64,000 nt of DNA from a virus. Below are positions 56,544 to 64,000 of this stretch, piece after piece. The notes beneath the pieces are model-generated. The model did not search any database and was not told where the DNA came from. It saw nothing but the letters and a program-made list of their open reading frames with translations. Every line of letters starts with the position of its first letter. The stretch's first letter is position 1. Position numbers and translations under genes: made by a program. Location of the stretch: positions 2,655-66,654 of the IMG/VR virus record IMGVR_UViG_3300023180_000050. One strand, 5' to 3'.

Positions 56544-56657
56544 GGTAAGAAGAATTATGTTTAATACTCTATATATTATCCCCCCGCCGATCTTCTTGAC
56601 TTTTAAAGAACTGGTTTTGGATTGCGATATATAATACATAAAAAAAGTGGTTTCCGA

Positions 56658-57095
56658 ATGCCAAGAATAGACGACTATATTTCTTTTAGCTCAAATAAGA
56701 AAAACAGGGTTTCAAATGAATTTTCTTTTTCAGCTGAGCTTGGAATGCTGGATGTAGAGATAGTGAACAGACCTCCTGAGATTTCTGATGTTGATTCTTT
56801 GGAGTGCGAAATAGATTACAAGGCTGGTATAGAAAGAAAAAAAGAGGGGATCCAGGATTTGGCATTCTCTGTTGATAGCATTGAATTAGAGATTAAAGTT
56901 GATGACTATCCGAACGGCCAAAAGGAATTCGAATTTGATATAGTTCCTGATGCAACGATTCCGCTTACCTCCGTTATAATCCAGAAGGGAACTAGATTGG
57001 TTCCGACAGATCCAACTTTTGTAAGAGTTGATATGAGAAAATCTATGAACCCAAAGGACTTTAAGGTACAAATCCTTTTTGGAACCAATGAGTAA
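56658..57095 (+). CDS. Hypothetical protein
   Basis: GATATATA at 56626; ATG at 56658. Confidence 0.6.
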   Translation: MPRIDDYISFSSNKKNRVSNEFSFSAELGMLDVEIVNRPPEISDVDSLECEIDYKAGIERKKEGIQDLAFSVDSIELEIKVDDYPNGQKEFEFDIVPDATIPLTSVIIQKGTRLVPTDPTFVRVDMRKSMNPKDFKVQILFGTNE

Positions 57096-57999
57096 GGCAC
57101 TTACTTTTCAGCTATTTGGAAAAATTAACGAATCGAAATCTATCTCGAAGGGGGATATTGGTGTAATCGGGCCAAACCTGCAGGGTGAGATTAAGATCAG
57201 GGTTGAAAATCCAGGCCTGGTTTTGAAGAGAGTCGAGGAGGGTGATGATTATGTTTTCAGGGTTGGTGAAAAATCTTGCTCTATTCCTAAAAAGTATGTT
57301 AGTCTATCTACCCAACCAGGATACGATGTGATTACATTTGATACTAACATGAATTGGTTTAAGCAAGGTGAAAATAAAGATGTCTTTGACGATGTTATCG
57401 ACGAATACGTTTCATTGCAATTCTCAAAAATGGGCAAATCCTTCAATCCCATGGAGGAAGATGCAAACATGATCTTGGATATTTTGGGTATAGATTCGGA
57501 CATCAAATCCTGCAATCAGTCTTCACCTCTTTCTTTGGAGGCTGAAATTTCCAACGGGATGGAGATGGAAATGGTAAAGGAAACAGATAAGGACATTTTC
57601 AAAAAGGTCTTTATCTATAAGAATTCTGATGACATACACCCTTTATTATCAATTAGGAGAAAGGGCAATCGATATAATTGTGAATATAAAACTCCAAAAG
57701 GTAAGTTTGAATGCAAGCATGACTCTGTTGCTGAAATGCTCGAAAATCCCATTGACAATTATCTTTTGTGTGTTTCCACAGGTAGAGATTTGGAAAGTCC
57801 TCAGAGGGATTTGGTAGATCATCTAATGAAGTTATTTAAGTACCATTCTTGGTCAAACCCGGACCAAAAAAGTCCAAAGCATATTCAGGAGAGGAAAGAG
57901 ATTAAGAGAATAATGGAAATCCTTAAAAATTCTATTCCTGAAGCTCATATCGAGGAAATGTATTCTGATGCTAGGACAAAATACTTTCCTAAGCAGTAA
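57088..57999 (+). CDS. Hypothetical protein
   Basis: Starts MSKALTFQLFGKINE; overlaps the previous gene. Confidence 0.6.
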   Translation: MSKALTFQLFGKINESKSISKGDIGVIGPNLQGEIKIRVENPGLVLKRVEEGDDYVFRVGEKSCSIPKKYVSLSTQPGYDVITFDTNMNWFKQGENKDVFDDVIDEYVSLQFSKMGKSFNPMEEDANMILDILGIDSDIKSCNQSSPLSLEAEISNGMEMEMVKETDKDIFKKVFIYKNSDDIHPLLSIRRKGNRYNCEYKTPKGKFECKHDSVAEMLENPIDNYLLCVSTGRDLESPQRDLVDHLMKLFKYHSWSNPDQKSPKHIQERKEIKRIMEILKNSIPEAHIEEMYSDARTKYFPKQ

Positions 58000-58108
58000 A
58001 AGTTGGAACACTTTACCTGGTTCACCATATAATTCTTGAATCTAGTAATGCTGTCCGGTGAATTGTTATCTTACATATCTTTTAGAGTTAAAGCTAAACT
58101 CCTAATAT

Positions 58109-58783
58109 TTGAAAAAGATGAGATGGCTGAGTCGACTATTCAAGAAAAAGAAAATGGATTTAAAGGAAAAAACTTTACCAGAATTAAAGGAAGAATTATC
58201 CCAGGTTGATTTCCAGTGGATTAAAGGGGATAAAATGGGAAATGTCGAAAAGTTTGAAGGCATTTTTCAGGACGAATCAACGGGAATGACCTTTGTAACT
58301 TTTATTGGCGGGGCAAGAATCAACATAGAATTGCTTGAGGAATATTTAGAAGCATTCCCTGCTTCAAAAGTTGATTATAACAATAATGCAGGTAATATTG
58401 ACCTGACCCAACCAGATTCTCAGCCCCAACAGACACAACCACAAAAGAGTTCCCAGAAACCTGTTAGAAACACGGTTTCTTCTATTGAGCTTGAGGAATC
58501 TCCGATATATAAGTTACTGAAGCAGCAGAATGAGAATTGGGTAAATGTGAACATCTCCCTAAAATTAAACCTGCCTTCAAAGAATTTGTATAATGTTTTG
58601 ATTACTTCTTTTGATGGTGCCAACGAGGAGATCATAAACTACGTAACGGAGGGTGTTGATATCGAAGACATCCGTTCTGCTTTAGCAGAATCGATTACAA
58701 CATATTATGGAGCTACTCAAAAACCAACGAGTCAAAGAATTAAGAAAAAGCAGGAAACGAAATCAGTAGACGATGACGAATAA
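58109..58783 (+). CDS. Hypothetical protein (start uncertain)
   Basis: GGAAC-N17-ATATAAT promoter at 58005; Q-rich linker. Confidence 0.6.
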   Translation: MKKMRWLSRLFKKKKMDLKEKTLPELKEELSQVDFQWIKGDKMGNVEKFEGIFQDESTGMTFVTFIGGARINIELLEEYLEAFPASKVDYNNNAGNIDLTQPDSQPQQTQPQKSSQKPVRNTVSSIELEESPIYKLLKQQNENWVNVNISLKLNLPSKNLYNVLITSFDGANEEIINYVTEGVDIEDIRSALAESITTYYGATQKPTSQRIKKKQETKSVDDDE

Positions 58784-59348
58784 AGTATTATATGAAACTA
58801 AGGGATTAAATCTCGTTGAAAGAGATGGCAGGGTTGGAGTTGTGCCAACTTTCATGAATGTGGTTGTTATGCCCTTTGTTTCCGATGAGCAAGGACTACC
58901 CCTTGCTATAGGCGTTTTAAAAGAACCAAATCCATTTAGAGAAGGTGGCTTAACAGTTTCCCTAATAACCGGAACTAGTGATGATGAGGATCCGGATCTT
59001 CTAACTACAGCAAAGAGGGAGCTTTTGGAGGAGAGTGGTTTTGATGCACCTGAAAATGATAGATGGTATTATTTGGGATCTGTTACATCATCTAAATTTG
59101 TAGACCACGAGCAACCTTGCTTTGCTGTTGACGTCACTGGATTACAAAAGGGTGAAGCAATTACTGACGGTAGCAAGGAAGAGCAAGAAATGGAATTTAA
59201 ATTCATACCAGCGAACGATGTTGTGAAGGCCAAGGATATTTTTATACCTGGTCTTTTCTTGAAGTTGTTTAAATATGTCCTGGGAATTGATATCCAAGGT
59301 ACCTCTACTGCCTCTGATGACGAGGCTTTTAAATTTTCTGCAGAATGA
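58773..59348 (+). CDS. NUDIX hydrolase
   Basis: GTSDDEDPDLLTTAKRELLEESG Nudix box. Confidence 0.85.
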   Translation: MTNKVLYETKGLNLVERDGRVGVVPTFMNVVVMPFVSDEQGLPLAIGVLKEPNPFREGGLTVSLITGTSDDEDPDLLTTAKRELLEESGFDAPENDRWYYLGSVTSSKFVDHEQPCFAVDVTGLQKGEAITDGSKEEQEMEFKFIPANDVVKAKDIFIPGLFLKLFKYVLGIDIQGTSTASDDEAFKFSAE

Positions 59349-59683
59349 GCCAATCGAGAAGACAAAGAAGACAAATGGCCAAACAATTTGGTCTATTAGG
59401 AAAAAAGGAATCCTTTTCTGATATGAGGGAAAGGATCAGGAGGTCACAACAGATGGGTAAACAAATCCATCTTAAAAATATGGAGGAGATTAGAAATAAT
59501 CAAATCGAAGCGGATCAAAATCGCGAGAGGGAGATCAAAAATTCTTTAGCCAAAGAGATTTCTAGTAATATTCCACAGGAGGAGCCCGAAATTGAATTAA
59601 ATGCTGGGTCCTTCGACTTTTTAAATGATGTAAAGAGTGGTCCTCAAGCTTCAGATGAAAATGTGAACGAGGATAATGCCTAA
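59345..59683 (+). CDS. Hypothetical protein
   Basis: Coupled ORF with a basic N-terminus (SRRQRR). Confidence 0.6.
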   Translation: MSQSRRQRRQMAKQFGLLGKKESFSDMRERIRRSQQMGKQIHLKNMEEIRNNQIEADQNREREIKNSLAKEISSNIPQEEPEIELNAGSFDFLNDVKSGPQASDENVNEDNA

Positions 59684-60011
59684 AGAAATACCAAATACAA
59701 CATTTTTGCTTACCTCAAGGTCTTTGAAAGAGGCCAAAAGAAAGTATTGTTCTGATAAAACTTACTATATTGTTGATATAGGAAAGATAATTAGAGAGCT
59801 TGGCTATGATACAGAAGAACTGACGCCAGAGTCAGAGTTTGTTATCAATTACGCCGTTCAGAAGAAAATAACCCAAGGAATATATAGTACAAGATGTAAT
59901 GACATCTTGGTGGTGTACAAAAACATCTCCCAAAGATTCGCAGAAAATTTAGAATATTTTCTAGACGAAGAAATGGAAGAGGATTTTGAGTTCACCATCA
60001 CGGTAGAATAA
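59676..60011 (+). CDS. Hypothetical protein
   Basis: Coupled ORF. Confidence 0.6.
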   Translation: MPKEIPNTTFLLTSRSLKEAKRKYCSDKTYYIVDIGKIIRELGYDTEELTPESEFVINYAVQKKITQGIYSTRCNDILVVYKNISQRFAENLEYFLDEEMEEDFEFTITVE

Positions 60012-60028
60012 AAATCTTGACTATATAA

Positions 60029-61987
60029 ATGGCAGGAAATAATAGTAATTCCCAAACTGGGTCTGTATCAGTAACAGAAGGTCTAACTAACAGACTTTCC
60101 AGGTTTAATTTTGGTGCTTCTAATGCTGCCAATAATCCAGTTTACGGTTCAAGAGAAACACAAAAAGATGCTGCTTCTGCTCAATTAACTGGAAGACTTT
60201 CTAATCTTGGTTCTGTAAATCCTAATAAAGGTCCTACTGCAAGGACTCTTTTTTATAATGGTGGATTTTACAGCACGGATGATGCTAAATACGGTCAATT
60301 TCTACTTTACTCGTTTGGTAATAACCAAAACAACTTTATACAAGAGTATTATAAGTCGGAAAACAGGGAGTTTAATTCAAATATCTCTTCAGTTTTAAGT
60401 GTAACTGGTAGAGGTGCTAGTAAAAATCCATCTGCAGGTCAATTAGTCAATCTAACCCAAACTACTCTTAGTTCCTTAAATTCGGATTCCGCTACAAGCG
60501 ATAGCCCTACAAGTTTAGGAACACGTGGTAATAAATCTCTAATTATCGGAGGAGCTTCAGCTCCTTATTATTGGAAGGATTTCCTGTATTGTAAATATTA
60601 TGGAACCATTCCAAATAATTACATGATAACGCTTAGAAGGTTTCCTGCACCTATGAGGGATAATCTTTCTATTCCAGATCAGCTCTTAGCAAGTGATCTT
60701 TATAAAAATCAAGGTGCAGGTAGACCGGTTGCACAAGCAGTTACTTGGTGGGGTGGAGATACAGACAATACTCTAGATGATGTTATCGGATTTGCTGCTG
60801 GCCTTACATGGGATGAAAAAAACCAAAAGGACGTCCTCTATCAAAAAGGATTTGACCAAGGATTTTTCAAGAGCGTTCTCGGTAGAGCTTTTGCTGGAGC
60901 AGCTGCTGGTGCTGGTGCTGGAGAACTCTATTCCAAAATGGGCGATGTTGCAAACCTTGCAGTAGCAGCTACAACTGGTGGAAGGGACGAAGTGACAATA
61001 CCAAAGATTAACTTTGCTCTTAGGGATAAAATGCTAACAGACGGTGGACCATTGTCGGATTTCATCTTTGTTTCTGTTGATACCGTTGATAAGACCTGGG
61101 TTAGAGGAAGGGGCCTTAAATTTAATAGTGAGGATGTAATCCAATTAAAGTTCCATTATGAACTTACCTCAGTTGGTGAGGTAAACACCAAAGCTGCAAT
61201 GCTTGATATTCTCGGCAATATGCTTGCCTTAGGTACAAATTATGGTAATTTTTTAACCCCAGATATCAGGTACGATAACACTTTCCCAGCTATTGGGTTT
61301 CCTGGGGGTGAGGACGGATTAAAGGCTTTCTATTCAGATCCAATTGGGTGGACAAAAACTGCTATCAAATACTTAGCAAACCCGGATGCCGAAACTATGA
61401 ATGACCCTCAAGCACAGGCTTTTAAAGAATCAACTGCATCCATTGAAAAAGCAATAAGTGAACTTCAGAGCGTGGTTAAACAATTGGCAGAAACTGATCT
61501 TGCAGGCTTAAGTGATCTTATAGAGAGCGACGCAGCAGTAGGTAATATACTTGCGTTTGCCCTTGCGGATGACTTCATAGAAAATATACAGCTCCCAGTG
61601 GCTTTGCAAACTGGAGCTCCTACTGGGGAATGGCATTTGGTTGTTGGTAACCCGATGAATCCTATAGCAATGATAGGAAACCTGATTTGTGATGGTGTTG
61701 ATATACAATTCAGTGAGGTTTTGGGACCCGATGATTTTCCAACTGAGCTTTTTGCTACCTTTACACTAAGACACGGTAGGGATAGAGAAAGAGGTGAGAT
61801 TGAAAGTATGTTTAACAGAGGTGATGGTAGACTTTACCAAAGCACTATCCCAACTTATGCAAACAATCAATCTGTATTCAGTCAAGGACTAAGCGATGGA
61901 TCTACAGTTTCTACCTTCCAGCAAGGTACACCTACTACAGTGTCGCCACAAGACATATCAGCAGAAACGGGAGCAGTACCGAAATAA
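60029..61987 (+). CDS. Putative baseplate/tail-tube junction protein (gp48/gp54-like)
   Basis: RGRGLKF..LKFHYEL..W.LVVGNP..IGNLIC..VDIQFS..DDFPTE..TFTL tube-fold-like C-terminus; directly before a gp53-like gene. Confidence 0.5.
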   Translation: MAGNNSNSQTGSVSVTEGLTNRLSRFNFGASNAANNPVYGSRETQKDAASAQLTGRLSNLGSVNPNKGPTARTLFYNGGFYSTDDAKYGQFLLYSFGNNQNNFIQEYYKSENREFNSNISSVLSVTGRGASKNPSAGQLVNLTQTTLSSLNSDSATSDSPTSLGTRGNKSLIIGGASAPYYWKDFLYCKYYGTIPNNYMITLRRFPAPMRDNLSIPDQLLASDLYKNQGAGRPVAQAVTWWGGDTDNTLDDVIGFAAGLTWDEKNQKDVLYQKGFDQGFFKSVLGRAFAGAAAGAGAGELYSKMGDVANLAVAATTGGRDEVTIPKINFALRDKMLTDGGPLSDFIFVSVDTVDKTWVRGRGLKFNSEDVIQLKFHYELTSVGEVNTKAAMLDILGNMLALGTNYGNFLTPDIRYDNTFPAIGFPGGEDGLKAFYSDPIGWTKTAIKYLANPDAETMNDPQAQAFKESTASIEKAISELQSVVKQLAETDLAGLSDLIESDAAVGNILAFALADDFIENIQLPVALQTGAPTGEWHLVVGNPMNPIAMIGNLICDGVDIQFSEVLGPDDFPTELFATFTLRHGRDRERGEIESMFNRGDGRLYQSTIPTYANNQSVFSQGLSDGSTVSTFQQGTPTTVSPQDISAETGAVPK

Positions 61988-62001
61988 AAGAGTTTTAATA
62001 A

Positions 62002-62571
62002 ATGCTACAAATTGATACATTAAGTAAAAACAAGGGTCTCTTTAACCCCAATGCTGAACAGCTTGAAAGAAATTATGGAATTTGGGATTTAACAAGATCT
62101 AGTATTACATATTCCGGTGTGGATGTCAGGTTTAAAAGCTATGTGGTTATAAAAAGCGACGATCAAATGAGGCCTGACCTATTGGCATTTAGGTCCTTCG
62201 GTGATATGAATTATACTGGTAGCTTACTTAAACTAAATTCTATTTCAAATCCTTTTGCTGTTCAAGAGGGTGAGGTATTTGCTATACCAACACCAAAGTC
62301 TGTTGACTCTATGTTTTCGAACAAGAAAGCTCTTAAAGATGAGACTAATAATAATCCGAATGCTAAATTTAGGGATTCACAGGAGCAAAGGAAATTTAAG
62401 GTAAGCGATTCTAGGAAAGAGTTTTTGGCTAAGAGAAAGAATCCAACACCTCAAGTTCTTCCACCTAATGTTTTACAAAATGGTGAAAGACAGACGGTTA
62501 GAACGAATTCTGTTATTGGATTAGCTCCTGATGTAAGTAACGCAACACCAAATCCTAATGCTAATATTTAA
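62002..62571 (+). CDS. gp53: Baseplate wedge protein (gp53-like, LysM-type)
   Basis: MRPDLLAF..G..LLKLNSISNPF..EG..IP. Confidence 0.7.
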   Translation: MLQIDTLSKNKGLFNPNAEQLERNYGIWDLTRSSITYSGVDVRFKSYVVIKSDDQMRPDLLAFRSFGDMNYTGSLLKLNSISNPFAVQEGEVFAIPTPKSVDSMFSNKKALKDETNNNPNAKFRDSQEQRKFKVSDSRKEFLAKRKNPTPQVLPPNVLQNGERQTVRTNSVIGLAPDVSNATPNPNANI

Positions 62572-62576
62572 ATCAG

Positions 62577-64000
62577 ATGCCTTCGGATCAGATAGTCATA
62601 AACAACTTTGCTAAAACTAGTATACTTCTAGACGAACTTGTTGTGCCTAATAGGTCCGGGCAAGAAATTCCTGATCAGCCTTTGGCTAGCGATACTGATG
62701 ATAAATCGTGGGGAGCTTATCGTCCAGTAGTTTTTATCAATGGATACTATGTAGATAGGTATGTAGATTTCTTCGAGTTTAGTCAAGTTGATTTTTTGCC
62801 CACTGTGAGACTTAGTTTCACTATGGATGATCCGATGTTTATTAGCGTAAACTATCCTAAGGATGGAGATATTATTTCTATGTACATTAGGTCTAGGGAG
62901 GAAGTCTACAAGCCAATTAGAATGGATTTTAATATTCTTAGTGTTAGATCTTCTCAATCCCAAGATCCCGAGGGAAAAAAGATAAGATTTACCATATTGG
63001 GTGAAACAAGAATTCCTGGACTTTACTCAGAGGTTTCTAGGGCTCTAAGGGATATGACTTCGTACGACGCTCTATTTGAGGTCTCACAGGCTTTAAATCT
63101 AGGATTTTCATCCAATGACGATGGCTTAACCGATTCGATGACGTGGATATGTCCAAATTTTTCACTTTATCAGTTTATACATGAGATATGCGAGAGATCG
63201 TATAAAAATGATGAGAGCTTTTATAAGGTTTGGATCGATCCTTATTACAATTTAACATTCGTGAACCTAAACAACCAGCTTACTGCTGATGATTATGTTC
63301 AGCAGGTCAAGGTTATTCGCGGGGATATAAATACTGCAAATGACACATTTCTTCCAGGTACTGAGTTGGATATGCAAGAAATGCCTTTGGCCTTTACAAA
63401 CCAAAAAGGCTCTGGCGATCTTCCTTTCTATATAAGGAACTTTACTCTTCTATCCAAGTCTGGAAATACCAATAACAAGTATGGTTATATCCAAGAGGTA
63501 CAATTCTATGACGAAGCTATAGTACCAGAAAATGGTAACTTCTCAGAAAAGTATGTAAAGTACACTATAGAGGCTACAACAACTGAAAACATTGGAGTTA
63601 ACCAAGTTCTCCAGAAAGGCAGACCCAAGGAGGACCTTTATAAGATGGAGGTTAGAAAATCTTGGTATGGATCATTAAACAATAGTCCAACTGGTGGAGG
63701 TGTACATGAGAATTTTATACAAGCTCTCATACAGAACGAATTTAATATCGGGGACCTTGAAAAATTTACTCTTAAGGTAGAGCTTAGTGGATATTATGCT
63801 GGAATTTACAGGGGTCAGGCAGTTCCAGTTTTGATTTATGCTAATGAACAGGGTAAGAGGAAGGAAAACACTGGTCTTTCGGACGATCAAAAACCAGAGA
63901 GTGAAGTTAATCCAGTTTTGGATAGGTTTTTGTCCGGTATTTATATTGTAACTGGGATGGAGGTAAAATACGATACCCTAGGGGGAATGTATCAGGTACT
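62577..64000 (+). CDS. Putative baseplate hub protein (gp27-like); 3'-truncated, absent from the ORF track
   Basis: ATG at 62577 (MPSDQIVINNF...). The same frame near the window end reads LDRFLSGIYIVTGMEVKY, like hub C-termini. Only the start and end were translated by hand. Confidence 0.6.
   Translation, partial: MPSDQIVINNFAKTSILLDELVVPNRSGQEIPDQPLASDTDDKSWGAYRPVVFINGYYVDRYVDFFEFSQVDFLPTVRLSFTMDDPMFISVNYPKDGDIISMYIRSREEVYKPIRMDFNILSVRSSQSQDPEGKKIRFTILGETRIPGLYSEVSRALRDMTSYDALFEVSQALNLGFSSNDDGLTDSMTWICPNFSLYQFIHEICERSYKNDESFYKVWIDPYYNLTFVNLNNQLTADDYVQQVKVIRGDINTANDTFLPGTELDMQEMPLAFTNQKGSGDLPFYIRNFTLLSKSGNTNNKYGYIQEVQFYDEAIVPENGNFSEKYVKYTIEATTTENIGVNQVLQKGRPKEDLYKMEVRKSWYGSLNNSPTGGGVHENFIQALIQNEFNIGDLEKFTLKVELSGYYAGIYRGQAVPVLIYANEQGKRKENTGLSDDQKPESEVNPVLDRFLSGIYIVTGMEVKYDTLGGMYQV

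Noticed and set aside
1-64000. Stop-codon reassignment, as seen in some jumbo phages
   Set aside because: Conserved genes are uninterrupted in the standard code, and TAA, TAG and TGA all end genes at sensible positions.
1-64000. tRNA, rRNA or integrase/prophage boundaries
   Set aside because: Intergenic gaps are short and explained by promoters and terminators; no cloverleaf, integrase or host-chromosome block was recognised by eye. tRNAscan-SE was not run.

Overview
A 64-kb, gene-dense, AT-rich segment of a large T4-like (myovirus-type, probably jumbo) phage genome. It uses the standard genetic code and is almost entirely + strand; one credible minus-strand gene lies at 55815-56543. It holds the morphogenesis core (gp14-like neck, small and large terminase, sheath, two tail tubes, baseplate genes, gp4, gp2, two portals, protease-scaffold, major capsid), replication and repair genes (ligase, clamp loader, 5'-3' exonuclease, Nei glycosylase, degenerate UvsE), two phage sigma factors (ECF-type and gp55-like) and several glycosylation genes. 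TAnnTTTG promoters and A-rich leaders without Shine-Dalgarno sequences point to a Bacteroidota host. Best leads: (1) a phage-encoded heptosylation system, with a TibC/AAH-type protein O-heptosyltransferase, an HldE-type heptose kinase and other glycosyltransferases, possibly decorating the virion; (2) tandem full-length portal paralogues, alongside duplicated tail tubes; (3) three promoter classes readable from the DNA; (4) a scaffold gene nested in the protease gene with its own late promoter; (5) a likely -1 frameshift at A_AAA_AAC extending a repeat-rich head protein; (6) many late proteins, including a nucleotidyltransferase, sharing a capsid-targeting-like N-terminal tag. All assignments come from reading motifs by eye; no database searches were run.
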